A stretch of DNA of 64,000 nucleotides from an uncultured Alsobacter sp. GTDB lineage: Bacteria; Pseudomonadota; Alphaproteobacteria; Rhizobiales; Beijerinckiaceae. The stretch lies in contig CAZJCW010000001.1 in the NCBI GenBank assembly GCA_964544365.1, positions 14,127 through 78,126 on the forward strand, given 5' to 3'. The notes beneath the pieces are model-generated. The model did no database searches and was not told the origin of the DNA. It worked only from the letters and a program-made list of their open reading frames with translations. Below, one piece after another: positions 16,533-27,330 of this stretch. Position 1 is the stretch's first letter, and each line of letters begins with the position of its first letter. Position numbers and translations under genes: made by a program.

Positions 16533-17408
16533 TCATTCCGACGGTTTCAATTTGTCCTGCGTCTTGGTGTCGAAGTCCGAAGCATCGTGGCGTTCGTGGA
16601 GCTGCATCGCGAGGTCGCCGTTCACCCGGTTGACCATGCGCCCCCTCTTCGCCGCCGGTCGCTCCCCGATCGCATCAGCCCATCGCTGGACGTGCTTGTA
16701 GTCCTGCACCTGGAGAAACTCCGCGGCATCATACAGCCAGCCTTTCACCAGCCCGCCATACCAGGGCCAGATCGCGATATCGGCGATCGTATAGTCCGGC
16801 CCCGCAATGAACTCCGTTTCCGCAAGACGTCGGTCGAGCACATCCAGTTGCCGCTTCGCCTCCATCGAGAAGCGGTCGATTGCATATGCGATCTTGGTCG
16901 GCGCGTAGGCGTAGAAGTGGCCGAAGCCACCGCCCAGATACGGCGCGCTGCCCATCTGCCAGAAGAGCCAGGACAGGCATTCGGCTCGCGGACCCGCCTC
17001 GGTCGGCAGGAAGGCTCCGAATTTCTCGGCCAGGTAAACCAGAATGGAGCCGGACTCGAACACCCGTATCGGCGTCGGCCCGCTCCGATCGAGCAAGGCA
17101 GGAATCTTGGAGTTCGGGTTCACGGCCACGAACCCGCTTCCGAACTGCTGCCCTTCGCCGATCCGGATGAGCCAGGCGTCGTACTCGGCGCCGGCATGGC
17201 CAAGCGCGAGCAATTCCTCCAGCATCACCGTAACCTTGACGCCGTTGGGCGTGCCGAGCGAGTAGAGTTGAAGAGGGTGGCGTCCGACCGGCAGGTCCTT
17301 CTCGTGCGTCGGGCCGGCCACCGGCCTGTTGATGTTCGCGAAGCGACCGCCGTTGTCCTTGTTCCAGGTCCAAATCTTGGGAGGCTTGTATCCAGGGGCA
17401 TCGGTCAT
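16533..17408 (-). CDS. yghU: Nu-class glutathione S-transferase YghU
   Basis: ATG 17408. MTDAPGYKPPKIWTWNKDNGGRFANINRPVAGPTHEKDLPVGRHPLQLYSLGTPNGVKVTVMLEELL...QLHERHDASDFDTKT matches E. coli YghU, as I recall its sequence, along the whole length. Confidence 0.92.
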   Translation of the reverse strand: MTDAPGYKPPKIWTWNKDNGGRFANINRPVAGPTHEKDLPVGRHPLQLYSLGTPNGVKVTVMLEELLALGHAGAEYDAWLIRIGEGQQFGSGFVAVNPNSKIPALLDRSGPTPIRVFESGSILVYLAEKFGAFLPTEAGPRAECLSWLFWQMGSAPYLGGGFGHFYAYAPTKIAYAIDRFSMEAKRQLDVLDRRLAETEFIAGPDYTIADIAIWPWYGGLVKGWLYDAAEFLQVQDYKHVQRWADAIGERPAAKRGRMVNRVNGDLAMQLHERHDASDFDTKTQDKLKPSE

Positions 17409-17496
17409 TGCGGTCGTTCCAGCACTTGGTGAGATGAAAGTCCCAGTCACAATCTCAGATTGCAGGCGAATATTTTCCAACCAGGCCGCAGCCGTG

Positions 17497-17802
17497 TCAC
17501 GGACAGATGAAGTTCGGCCCGCTGGCGCGACAGACGTTCCCGTTCGGCAGCAGAAGATCGCCAGAAGGCGTGCGCTGCACATAGGCGCCGTTGGGGAGCG
17601 TGAAGCCGCCAGCACCATCGCGCAAAACGCGGGTACCGTCCGGCAGTACATAGGTTCCGCCGGCGTCCGCCCTGATCATCTTGGTCGCATCGGCCGCAAC
17701 GGGTGCCGGTTGCATCCGTCGCGGCGAATCCGACGGAGACATGCACCCGGCAAGCACGGGCACGAGAGTCAGGGGCAGCGCTCGGATCAATTTTCTGCTC
17801 AT
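17497..17802 (-). CDS. small lipoprotein with three LP[DN]G repeats
   Basis: ATG 17802 is preceded by AGGAG. Lipobox LTLVPVLAGC. The mature part contains YVLPDGTRVL / FTLPNGAYVQ / LLLPNGNVC. The track ORF 17497..18429 is an over-extension into yaiI. Confidence 0.65.
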   Translation of the reverse strand: MSRKLIRALPLTLVPVLAGCMSPSDSPRRMQPAPVAADATKMIRADAGGTYVLPDGTRVLRDGAGGFTLPNGAYVQRTPSGDLLLPNGNVCRASGPNFICP

Positions 17803-17993
17803 GGGTGCTCCTATGGACCTGTGGGTCGGTTCATCCCGGACCCACCCTATGCTCTCCTTCCATGGCGGACGAGGCCATGGCGATAAGCACGGCGAACTCC
17901 TCACAATGAAGTGCTTGTGCGTCGAAAACGCGACCGCTGGAACCACAGGCGCTACCAGTCCCCCGAAACCTCCGTCAGCCTTTCGACCATGCG

Positions 17994-18491
17994 TCAGTCT
18001 GGACGAAAACCTGCGCGCTTCAACCGCGTAATCGCAAGATCGAGGGCAGAGAGAAAGGCCGACCGGTCCTGGCCCGAGAAGGCACGGGGGCCGCCGGTGA
18101 TCTCGCCCGAAGACCGCAGTTGCTCCATCAGATTGCGTGTTGCGAGTGCCATTCCAATCGACTGTTCCGTAAAGGCCTTGCCTGTCGGCGCGATCACATC
18201 TGCGCCCGCCTTCACGCAGCGGGCCGCCAGGGGCACGTCGGTCGTGACAACGATGATGCCCCGGCGAGCACGCTCGGCGATCCAGTCGTCCGCGACGTCG
18301 AGACCCGCCGGAACGACGACGCGTTCGACGAGCACATCGCTGGGAACCTGCATCCAGCTGTTGGCTACGATCCAGCACCGCACCTTGTGCCGTCCGGCGA
18401 CCTTGTAGACCTCGTTCTTCACGGGGCATGCGTCAGCGTCCACCAGGATGCGGATGGAGCCTGCCTCTGCGTCGTCGCTCATGCTGGACAC
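17994..18491 (-). CDS. yaiI: YaiI/YqxD family protein (UPF0178/DUF188)
   Basis: [17 protein letters not shown] ... [17 protein letters not shown] ... [21 protein letters not shown] is collinear with E. coli YaiI as I recall it. Confidence 0.88.
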   Translation of the reverse strand: MSSMSDDAEAGSIRILVDADACPVKNEVYKVAGRHKVRCWIVANSWMQVPSDVLVERVVVPAGLDVADDWIAERARRGIIVVTTDVPLAARCVKAGADVIAPTGKAFTEQSIGMALATRNLMEQLRSSGEITGGPRAFSGQDRSAFLSALDLAITRLKRAGFRPD

Positions 18492-18590
18492 TATCCGTTC
18501 CGGATCAGGAGATCACCCTGCACGGGCTCTGGATCCGTTGTGCAGTCTGGGCCATGCTCTGGTCGCAGACCCATGCAAAGGAACCCCGCT

Positions 18591-19040
18591 ATGGCCGAAC
18601 TCGAGAAGGGTATCACGCGTGTCGGAGAAGGCTTCAAGGGTCAATCCTGGAACATTCTAGGGCAGACCTACTATCCCAAGGCGAGTTGCGACGCGACCTT
18701 TGCGTTCGAGACGAACAGCGACCCGGGCCAGTTCGTCCCGGTCCACATTCACCCGACGCAGGACGAGTTCATCCTCGTGCTCGATGGCGTGCTTTCGCTC
18801 AAGCTCGACGGGGTCTGGACAGAGGCCAAGGCCGGCGACCTCGTGAGGATGCCCCGCGGTATTCCGCATGGATATTTCAACAAGTCGGACAAGCCGGCGC
18901 GAGCCCTGTTCTGGGTATCCCCGGCGCGAAAGCTCGAAGCGCTCTTCAACAGCCTCGACAACCTGACGGACGTCCCCAAGGTGATCGCGCTGTCGGCGGA
19001 GCATGAGGTCGAGTTCCTGCCACCCGAAGCGAACGCCTGA
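18591..19040 (+). CDS. cupin domain protein
   Basis: ATG 18591 has AAGGA upstream; ATG 18573 is an alternative. Cupin motifs: VPVHIHPTQDEFILVLDG and RMPRGIPHGY. Confidence 0.8.
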   Translation: MAELEKGITRVGEGFKGQSWNILGQTYYPKASCDATFAFETNSDPGQFVPVHIHPTQDEFILVLDGVLSLKLDGVWTEAKAGDLVRMPRGIPHGYFNKSDKPARALFWVSPARKLEALFNSLDNLTDVPKVIALSAEHEVEFLPPEANA

Positions 19041-19048
19041 CAGGCCAA

Positions 19049-19807
19049 TCACCCGCGCTTGGGAGCGGGAGTATCGTCGGGAGCGATCTGCTCGCGCATC
19101 TGCAGGCGGAAGCGGTAGCGTGCGCCGCCGAGATGCTTCTCCATGGCACGGCGCGCCGCCCTGGCGTCCCCCCGGACAATGGCCGCCTCGATGGCCCGGT
19201 GCTCGACCTGAACCCGCTCCAGGTACGTTCGGCGAAGCAGCGGTGTCTCGAACGCGATCCGACGGCGTGGAATGAGAACCGCGCCGAGCGACTGCAGCAC
19301 CCGTCCGAAGTAGGGATTCTGGCTCGCGTCCGCCACCGCGAGATGAAAGCCGAAGTCCGCGTCGATCGAGTCGCCGCCTTCCTCGATCCGCGCCTCAAGG
19401 TCGGCGAGGGCCCCGGAAATCCTGTCGAGATCGCTGTCCAAGCGTCGGGTTGCGGCGATGGCGGCGGCATCCACCTCCAGCGTGGCCCGAAGCTCGAGGA
19501 TCAAGAGGATGTCCTCGAGCGACGACGCCTCTTCCGGGGTGACCTGAAACGGACGCCGATGCCCGGTCGCGGCGACAAACGCACCACGGCCCTGCCGCGT
19601 CGTCACGAGACCTTCAGCCCTGAGAGCGGCAACAGCTTCACGAACGACCGTGCGGCTGACACCGAAGACTTTCATCAGGCGGGCCTCGGTGGGCAATTGT
19701 GCTCCCACCGACAGATGACCGCGCAGGATCTCGTCGCGAATCTCTCCCACGAGTCGCGACGCGAGGCTGGGCGAGGGGGCCAGCGGACCTTTGTTCGTCG
19801 TCAGCAT
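19049..19807 (-). CDS. GntR-family transcriptional regulator (FadR/FCD type)
   Basis: wHTH LPTEARLMKVFGVSRTVVREAVAALRAEGLVTTRQGRGAFV plus an all-helical C-terminal FCD-like domain. It is the last gene of the minus-strand ABC/enolase operon. Confidence 0.9.
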   Translation of the reverse strand: MLTTNKGPLAPSPSLASRLVGEIRDEILRGHLSVGAQLPTEARLMKVFGVSRTVVREAVAALRAEGLVTTRQGRGAFVAATGHRRPFQVTPEEASSLEDILLILELRATLEVDAAAIAATRRLDSDLDRISGALADLEARIEEGGDSIDADFGFHLAVADASQNPYFGRVLQSLGAVLIPRRRIAFETPLLRRTYLERVQVEHRAIEAAIVRGDARAARRAMEKHLGGARYRFRLQMREQIAPDDTPAPKRG

Positions 19808-19842
19808 GCGATCCTCCGCCTGCCGGAGCTATCGATCCTCCC

Positions 19843-21010
19843 TCAACCCTTCACCAGGTTGTTCTCGATGTAGGCAAAGTCGATGTCCTGTCCGAGACCG
19901 GGCTCGTTGCGAAGATGGACGTAGCCGTCGCGGTCCATCTCGTCGTCGATCCGCTTCAAGTAGGCCGGCGGGACATCGTAATCGATGAAGGGGTGCAGTA
20001 GGCCGCGCTCGTAGTAGGTCGTGTTCTGGATGGCCGCACAGACCGCCAGGTTTCCCGCACCGGTCCCATGGACCTCGCAACTCATTCCGAAGCTTTCGGC
20101 GAGGCGAGCGACCTTCATCGAAGGCCCGATGCCCCCGACGTCCCACACGCCTGTCCTCACCATGTCGCAGGCGTTCTTGGCGACCCATTCCGCGCGGATC
20201 CAGTGTTTTCCCAGCAAGGTCTCCGGCCCGAGAATGTTGAGCTTCTGCAGGTTGCCGGAGAGCCACTGGTAGGAGGAAATGGACGCCTCCTCCATGGGCT
20301 CCTCCATCCAGAGAAAGCCGAGTTCCTCCAGCTTCTGCCCGAGCCAGAGCGTGTCGGCCCGGCTGTACCAGTGGTTCGGGTCGAGCATGAGGGGAATATC
20401 CGGACCGACCGCCTCGCGGACGGCCGCGCAGGCGAGATAGTCGGCCTTGACGCTCGGTGCGCCGGGAATGGGCGGCATCCACGTGTGCAGCTTGACGGCC
20501 TTGTACCCACGCTCCCTGACCAGCCATTCCGCATATCGCCCGTAGTCCTCCGGCGTGGCCAGTCCATTCTCGAGGTCGTCGCCACACATGGTCGAGCCGT
20601 AGGCAAGGATCTTGTCGCGATACCCGCCGAGGATCTTCCACACCGGCTGGCCCGTGATCTTCCCCACCAGATCCCACAGGGCGAGATCGACCGACGTCAA
20701 CGTCCGGTCGTCCAGGCGAAATCCGCTGCCTCTCTGCCACTTGTAGAGCGCGTACCAGATCTTCTCGGTGCGCATCGGGTCTGCTCCGAGCAGGACAGGC
20801 CTGACGTAAGCGTCGAGCAGATCCTCTCGGGCATCGGAGGGGCTGACGATTGTATGGCCCTGTTGTCCCTCGTCGGTGGTGATGGTGAACAGGGACATCT
20901 TGGCCTGTCGCGGCGGACCCGGATGAGAGTGGCCGTCGGAGTCCTTCACCTGGTTGGTTTGGTAGGTGAAGGTCTTGGAACTCACGTCGATGATCTTCAC
21001 GGAAGGAACC
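19843..21010 (-). CDS. enolase-superfamily enzyme (mandelate racemase/acid-sugar dehydratase subgroup)
   Basis: GTG 21010 (VKIIDVSS...); the ORF opens at 21045. Motifs: KAVKLH (KxK), LMLDPNH, LWMEEP, ILGPE, DVGGIG, EVHG. Confidence 0.85.
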
Positions 21011-21090
21011 TTCTCAGGATGAGCGGGTGGTCGTGCCAACCGCAAAAGGATAGTTTGATCGCGACTGGCCGAGTACGCAGAACGGCCTCG

Positions 21091-21837
<747 letters not shown>

Positions 21838-21850
21838 CGCCCGACCCCCG

Positions 21851-22687
21851 TCACCATTGGGGATCTCGCTGCAGGGTCGGCAGGCGCGAGCGCCTGGCGT
21901 GAATGCGCGGCAGGGCCTCCAGCAAGCCCCGCGTGTAGGGATGCGTGGCCTCGCCGAGTTTGCCGGCTGCCAGCGTCTCCACGATGCGACCGCGATACAT
22001 GATCAGGACACGGTCGCAGAACCGGCGCACGAGGTTGAGATCGTGGCTGATGAAGATCAGCCCGAGTCCGCGGGAAGCCACGAGGTCGTCGAGCAATGCG
22101 AGGATTTCCATGCGGACGGTTACGTCCAGGGCTGAGGTCGGCTCGTCGGCGATCAGCGCCTTCGGCTCCGCGACCAGCATCATGGCGATCATGATGCGCT
22201 GCCCCATTCCCCCGGACATTTCGTGCGGATACATCTTCGCGACGCGGTCCGGCTCCCTGATCCGCACCGTGTGAAGGATGTCGAGCGTTCGTTGGCGGGC
22301 ATCTGCCGCGCTTCCCCTGACATGCAGCCGGTAGGCTTCGGCGATCTGCTCTCCCACGGTGATCACCGGGTTCAGCGAATACTTCGGATCCTGCATGATG
22401 AAGCCGACGCCGCGACCGCGCAGATCCCCCATCCGGCGTTCGCTTGCCGTCAGGAGATCCACATCCTGGAAGGCGAGCCGATCCGCGGAGACACGAGCAC
22501 CGGGCGGTGTCAGACGCATGATGGCCCGTCCGGTCAGGCTCTTGCCGGATCCGGATTCTCCGACGATACCCAGCTTCTCGCGCCCGAGGTCGAAGGAAAG
22601 ACCCCGGACAACCTCGATCGGGTTCGTCGATCCGCCGAAGGAGATCCGCAAGTTCCGCACGCTGATCAGAGGCTGGTCCATTCTCAT
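21851..22687 (-). CDS. ABC transporter ATP-binding protein (DppD-like)
   Basis: ATG 22687 forms an ATGA overlap with the permease stop. Motifs: GESGSGKSLTG, MSGGMGQRIMIAMML, LIADEPTSALD. Confidence 0.92.
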   Translation of the reverse strand: MRMDQPLISVRNLRISFGGSTNPIEVVRGLSFDLGREKLGIVGESGSGKSLTGRAIMRLTPPGARVSADRLAFQDVDLLTASERRMGDLRGRGVGFIMQDPKYSLNPVITVGEQIAEAYRLHVRGSAADARQRTLDILHTVRIREPDRVAKMYPHEMSGGMGQRIMIAMMLVAEPKALIADEPTSALDVTVRMEILALLDDLVASRGLGLIFISHDLNLVRRFCDRVLIMYRGRIVETLAAGKLGEATHPYTRGLLEALPRIHARRSRLPTLQRDPQW

Positions 22688-23589
22688 CCCTGCCGCGGAT
22701 CGAGAACGTCGCGCAGCGCATCGCCCACGAGGTTGAAGGCAAGGCTGACGATCAGGATGGCGAGGCCGGGAAACGTCACGACCCACCAGCTGTCCAGCAT
22801 GAAGCGCCGCCCGGTCGAGACCATGGCGCCCCACTCGGGCGTCGGTGGCTGCGCGCCGAGTCCCAGAAAGCCCAGCCCGGCCGCTGTCAGGATGATGCTC
22901 GCCATGTTCAGGGTCACGCGGACGACGACCGATGGAAGGCACAGCGGCGCGATGTGGCGCAGCACGATCCGGCCGGGTGAGGCGCCGAGAAGCCGGACTG
23001 CGGAGATGTAGTCGCTGTTGCGGAGCGTCAGCGTCTCGGCTCGCGCGAGGCGGGCGATGGGAGGCCACGAGGTCAATGCGATGGCGAGGATCGCGTTTTC
23101 CAGGCTCGGGCCAAGGGCCGCCACGAATGCCAGGGCCAGGATGAGGCTCGGAAACGCGAGGAATAGATCGGTGATCCGCATCAGGATGCTGTCGATCCAG
23201 CCGCCCGCATAGCCTGCGATGCAGCCGACCGCGAGGCCGATGGGTGCCACCACGATGCTGACGATGGTGATGATCGCGAGCGTGATCCGGCTTCCCCAGA
23301 CGATCCGGCTCCAGATGTCGCGGCCGAGTTCGTCGGTTCCGAACCAATGGGCGGCCGATGGGGTCATCAATCGCGAAGCGAGGTTCTGTTCGTTGGGCGA
23401 CTGCGTCGCAAGCCACGGCGCGAAAGCTGCCACCATGAGGAGAAGCAGGACGACAGCCAGTCCAGCAAGGCCAAGCGGGTTCGCGGCGAAGCGCAGCCAG
23501 CCCCGCCAGAGCCCTTGCGCCACCGCCTGGGTGCGTGTCGAGGCGATCTCAGCACCGAGCCAGCCGGAGGTGCGCGTCGTCGGACTCAT
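22684..23589 (-). CDS. ABC transporter permease (DppC-like)
   Basis: ATG 23589 forms an ATGA overlap with the upstream permease stop. BPD-transporter EAA-like loop: ALTSWPPIARLARAETLTLRNSDYISAVRLLGAS. Confidence 0.9.
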   Translation of the reverse strand: MSPTTRTSGWLGAEIASTRTQAVAQGLWRGWLRFAANPLGLAGLAVVLLLLMVAAFAPWLATQSPNEQNLASRLMTPSAAHWFGTDELGRDIWSRIVWGSRITLAIITIVSIVVAPIGLAVGCIAGYAGGWIDSILMRITDLFLAFPSLILALAFVAALGPSLENAILAIALTSWPPIARLARAETLTLRNSDYISAVRLLGASPGRIVLRHIAPLCLPSVVVRVTLNMASIILTAAGLGFLGLGAQPPTPEWGAMVSTGRRFMLDSWWVVTFPGLAILIVSLAFNLVGDALRDVLDPRQG

Positions 23590-24632
23590 CGCGTCCTCGG
23601 GTCGAGCAGGCGGTAAAGCATGTCGGAGACGACATTGATGCCGATGAACAGCACCCCCACGATCAGCGTGCACGCGACGACAACGTTCATGTCGCCGATG
23701 ATCAGCGCACTTGTGAGGTACTGTCCGAAACCCGGCCAGCCGAAAACCGTCTCGGTGAGGACTGCACCTTCCAGCAGCCCACCATACGACAGTGCCACGA
23801 TGGTGAGCACCTGGACGCGGATGTTGGCGAAGGCATGCTTCCAGACGACACGGCGTTGCGGCGCCCCTTTCGCACGCGCCGCGATCACATATTCCTGGCC
23901 GAGCTGTTCCAGCATGAAGCTGCGGGTCATCCGGCTGATATAGGCGACGGACGAATAGGCCAGCACCGACGCCGGCAGGATGATGTGGCGGAAGGCGCTC
24001 CAGAACACGTCCATGTCGCCGGCCAGCAGGGCATCGACCAGAAGCAGCCCGGTCACGTTCGGCACCATGTCGACGTAGAAGAGCTCGACTCGACCGGACC
24101 CGCCGACCCAGTCGAGCTTGGCGTAGAAGATGATGAGGCCGACCATGCCGAGCCAGAAGATCGGCGTTGAGTGCCCCATCAGTGACAGGATCCGGACGAT
24201 GTGGTCTGCCGGCCTTCCGCGGTAGACGGCCGCATAGACGCCGAGCGGTATTCCCAGCCCCGCTCCGAGGACGATCGTCACGGTGGCCAACTCGACCGTT
24301 GCGGGTAGTACGCGTGCGATGTCCTCGCTGACCGGCCGGCCCGTCAGGAGGGTCTTCCCGAAATTTCCCGACGCGAGCTGCTTCAGGAAGATCCAGAACT
24401 GCTCCAGGATCGGCCGGTCGAGGCCGAGCTCGGTCTTGACCTTCATGTAGGTCGCGTTGTCGGCGTCCGCGCCGACGACGGCGAGAACCGGATCGATCGG
24501 CAGCAGCCGGCCGATCACGAATGTCAGCAGCACCAGCATGAACAACGTCACGACGGCGCTGCCGACGGTGATCGACGCGCTGCGCAAGCGGCGATAGCTT
24601 GCCGTGCTACGCCTGTCGTCGATCATCGTCAT
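23586..24632 (-). CDS. ABC transporter permease (DppB-like)
   Basis: FVIGRLLPIDPVLAVVG N-terminal motif, EQLGQEYVIAARAKGAPQRRVVWKHAF loop, and a C-terminal DMLYRLLDPR. Confidence 0.9.
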   Translation of the reverse strand: MTMIDDRRSTASYRRLRSASITVGSAVVTLFMLVLLTFVIGRLLPIDPVLAVVGADADNATYMKVKTELGLDRPILEQFWIFLKQLASGNFGKTLLTGRPVSEDIARVLPATVELATVTIVLGAGLGIPLGVYAAVYRGRPADHIVRILSLMGHSTPIFWLGMVGLIIFYAKLDWVGGSGRVELFYVDMVPNVTGLLLVDALLAGDMDVFWSAFRHIILPASVLAYSSVAYISRMTRSFMLEQLGQEYVIAARAKGAPQRRVVWKHAFANIRVQVLTIVALSYGGLLEGAVLTETVFGWPGFGQYLTSALIIGDMNVVVACTLIVGVLFIGINVVSDMLYRLLDPRTR

Positions 24633-24659
24633 CGCGCCGTCCGCGATGCTGACGTTCGC

Positions 24660-26264
24660 TCAGTCCGTCTTTTCGACGATGTCCCAGCGCACCATCCATG
24701 TCGCGTCGCCGACATAATTCTGCACCCGCTTCAGCTTGGCGAACGGGTCCACACGCTGCGACACGGGGATGACCGAAGGCACCGCCGCCTCGCTCAGCTT
24801 CACGACTTCGGCGTAGAGCTGCGCACGACGGCCCTCGTCGGAAATCGATGCCGCCTCGTCCATCAGGCGGTTGACCTCGGGCACATACCAGGAACTGCGC
24901 CAACCGAGCAGGTTCGAAAGCTTGGCCGCATCCGTGTTGTCGGGATTGTACACGTGCGTCCGGAGCCACCCGTCCGGATCCGCCTGGACGGCGGAAGACG
25001 AGCGGCCGAGCCCCGACTCGAACTGACGGTTGCGCATGGGACCGTATGTCTGATCGCCATTCCCCGCGCGGATGTCCAGAGTGATGCCGGCCTTGGCCAG
25101 GTTCGCCTGGATAGCCGTCGAAATCTCGGCGTAGGGCGGCGAGGACAGGGTCAGGAAGGTCTTCTTGAAGCCGTTCGGATAGCCCGCGGCGGCAAGTCCA
25201 GCCTTGCACTTCTCGAGGTCATACTCGTTCCCGATGCCCTCGACGTAACCCGGAATACCCTTCGCAATATAGCTCTTGGCGGGCAGGCCGTAGTTTTGCA
25301 TCAGGTTCTTGTTGATGCCGTCATAGTCGATGCAATAGCGAATGGCCTTTCTCACCTCCGGCTTTGCGAAGTCGGGGTCCTTCAGGCTCATGATCATGAA
25401 GTAATAGCCGGCGCCCGGGACGCGATCGATCGCGATGGCCGGATTGGCCGCCAGACCGTCGATGTCCGCCGATGACAACTGGATGCCGACGTCGAGATCC
25501 CCCTTCTCCAGCTGCAACCGCTGTGTCTGGGACTCAGGCAGATGGCGGACGACGACACGCCGGGTCTTTGCCGCTCCTGCGTAGTATCCGTCGAACCGGT
25601 CGAGCAGAACGATGTCGTTGGGGTTCCAACGCACCAGAGAGTAGGGTCCCGAACCGGCCGAGTTCGAGGCCAGCCAGCCTCGCCCCATGTCGCCGTCCTT
25701 CTCGTTCTTGAGAACGGCCTCGCGGTCGAGCACCGCGCCCACGGCCCGCGCGATCGTGTAGAGCTTCAGCTTCGGCGCAATGGCCATCACCGGTTCCATC
25801 ACGAAGACGTCGGAACCCTCGGCCCGGAACTTCTCGTCGATGTTCTTGGCGGTGTAGCCCCACTCGGTGAAATAAGCGGAGCCCAGCAGGCCGAGCTTGA
25901 CGGCACGGCGCATCGACCAGACGACATCGTCGATCGTCACGGTGCGGCCGGAGTGGAACTTCACGTCCTTGCGGAGCTTGAACTTGATCGTGCCGTCAGG
26001 AAGCTCCTGCCATGACTCGGCAAGCCGCGGCATCAGCTTCCCGGGGTCCTTCGGGTCGGTCCGGACGAGGGTGTCGTAAACGTTCGCCAGGATGTGATGG
26101 GATTCGTACGAGTTCATGTTGTGAGGGTCGAGGCTCGTCAGGTTGGCCATGTTCATGCCAACGATGAGCTGATCCTTCGGTGTCTTCGCGGCCGCTGGCA
26201 GCGCCCAGGCCAGGGTCGCGGCAGCTGCCGAGATGACAATCAATCTTCCAGCGCGAGTGCTCAT
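24660..26264 (-). CDS. ABC transporter substrate-binding protein, family 5 (peptide/nickel/opine type)
   Basis: ATG 26264 is preceded by GGAGGAG. Signal peptide MSTRAGRLIVISAAAATLAWALPAAA. The track ORF extends to 26834 through Arg/Pro-rich sequence, which I rejected. Confidence 0.88.
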   Translation of the reverse strand: MSTRAGRLIVISAAAATLAWALPAAAKTPKDQLIVGMNMANLTSLDPHNMNSYESHHILANVYDTLVRTDPKDPGKLMPRLAESWQELPDGTIKFKLRKDVKFHSGRTVTIDDVVWSMRRAVKLGLLGSAYFTEWGYTAKNIDEKFRAEGSDVFVMEPVMAIAPKLKLYTIARAVGAVLDREAVLKNEKDGDMGRGWLASNSAGSGPYSLVRWNPNDIVLLDRFDGYYAGAAKTRRVVVRHLPESQTQRLQLEKGDLDVGIQLSSADIDGLAANPAIAIDRVPGAGYYFMIMSLKDPDFAKPEVRKAIRYCIDYDGINKNLMQNYGLPAKSYIAKGIPGYVEGIGNEYDLEKCKAGLAAAGYPNGFKKTFLTLSSPPYAEISTAIQANLAKAGITLDIRAGNGDQTYGPMRNRQFESGLGRSSSAVQADPDGWLRTHVYNPDNTDAAKLSNLLGWRSSWYVPEVNRLMDEAASISDEGRRAQLYAEVVKLSEAAVPSVIPVSQRVDPFAKLKRVQNYVGDATWMVRWDIVEKTD

Positions 26265-26299
26265 CCCAGGCTCTCCTCCAGCAGGTGTTCTTGTCGGTT

Positions 26300-26314
26300 G
26301 GTTGTACGATAACC
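26300..26314. promoter_or_regulatory. candidate GntR-type operator GGTTGTACGATAACC
   Basis: Imperfect palindrome of the GT-Nx-AC type, 36 bp upstream of the SBP start codon on the minus strand. The cognate GntR gene lies at the end of the same operon. Confidence 0.3.
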
Positions 26315-26559
26315 GGACGATATGGAGGCGGCAACAGGTCGACCGGGGCGGGGAGCGAGCCCGGCCACGACAGTGGCGCACTTGCCGGAAGGGCCATCTC
26401 TGCTCTCGGGGGCCCCAGCCGAAACCGCCCGGCTCTTCACATGAGCGTGTTGGAAGGTCTACTGCGCCTTGTTCGCGTGGCCAGCGCCCGGGCCCTCGTC
26501 TACCCTTCGGGAAAGGGCCTCCCCGCCGAGGGGCTTGATGGCCCGGCAGGGGGAACGCC

Positions 26560-27153
26560 ATGACACGACACCTAATCCTGGCTGCGGCTCTGCTGCTGGT
26601 CGTCCCGGCCAGCGGAGCCCTGGCGCAGCAGAACACCAACATCCGCGGCACGATCACGGCCTTCGACGGCAAGATGCTGTCGGTCGATGGACGAGGCGTG
26701 GGTCCCGTGACGGTGGAGGTACCCGAGGCTGTCAACGTGGCGATCACCAAGCCCTTCACGCTGGCTGACGTGAAGCCCGGCATGGTGCTGGGCGTGACCA
26801 CGATCAACCGCGCGGACGGGAAGGTCGTCGCCATCGACGTCCGCCCGATACCGGCGACGGCGAACCAGGGCCTCTCGCCTCACGATCTTGCCCCCCAGTC
26901 GACGATGACCAACGCCGCCGTGGAAGCGACCGCCGCGAGTACGGAAGGCAATGAGCTGACGCTGAATTACAAGAGCGGCACGGTCACGGTGCTCGTTCTT
27001 CCCGGAACGGCGATGTCGCAGGCGGCGCCCGGGAGCCGGGCCGACCTCAAGGTCGGCGAAACGGTGTTCGTGGCGGCCCGCAAGGCCGAGGGCGGCGGGC
27101 TGACGGCGGCACGGGTTCAGGTCAGCAAGGACGGGGTGAAGCCGACGCAGTGA
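26560..27153 (+). CDS. secreted protein with an internally duplicated beta-rich module (DUF5666-like)
   Basis: Signal peptide MTRHLILAAALLLVVPASGALAQ. The two halves share a pattern: VTVEVPEAVNVAITKPFTLADVKPGMVLGV...GKVVAIDVR vs VTVLVLPGTAMSQAAPGSRADLKVGETVFV...GGLTAARVQV. Confidence 0.65.
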   Translation: MTRHLILAAALLLVVPASGALAQQNTNIRGTITAFDGKMLSVDGRGVGPVTVEVPEAVNVAITKPFTLADVKPGMVLGVTTINRADGKVVAIDVRPIPATANQGLSPHDLAPQSTMTNAAVEATAASTEGNELTLNYKSGTVTVLVLPGTAMSQAAPGSRADLKVGETVFVAARKAEGGGLTAARVQVSKDGVKPTQ

Positions 27154-27314
27154 CGGCGTCGAAACGCGCTGCCCGTCGCGGCGCGGTCACCTTGACGCAT
27201 CTTGGACGCTGCTCGCGTGGGCGGCTAAGTCGTCGATTACTGACACGCAACATGGAAGGACCTCTCCCGGGCAGCGGTTGAAAAGCCCCGCACGGACGTC
27301 GATCGCCAATTGAC

Positions 27315-27330
27315 GCTATAACGTTAAAGT
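27315..27330. promoter_or_regulatory. candidate LacI-family operator GCTATAACGTTAAAGT (core TAACGTTA, central CG)
   Basis: The 8-bp perfect palindrome 27319..27326 extends to a 16-mer with 6 of 8 matching arm positions. It is flanked by a direct repeat ATTGACGC at 27309..27316 and 27337..27344. Its right end is 173 bp upstream of the first gene of the array that contains a LacI regulator. Confidence 0.4.

Noticed and set aside
26265-26834. N-terminal extension of the family-5 SBP ORF (track start 26834)
   Set aside because: A signal peptide and a GGAGGAG RBS define the start at 26264. The extension is low-complexity and would cross the divergent promoter region and part of the opposite-strand gene.
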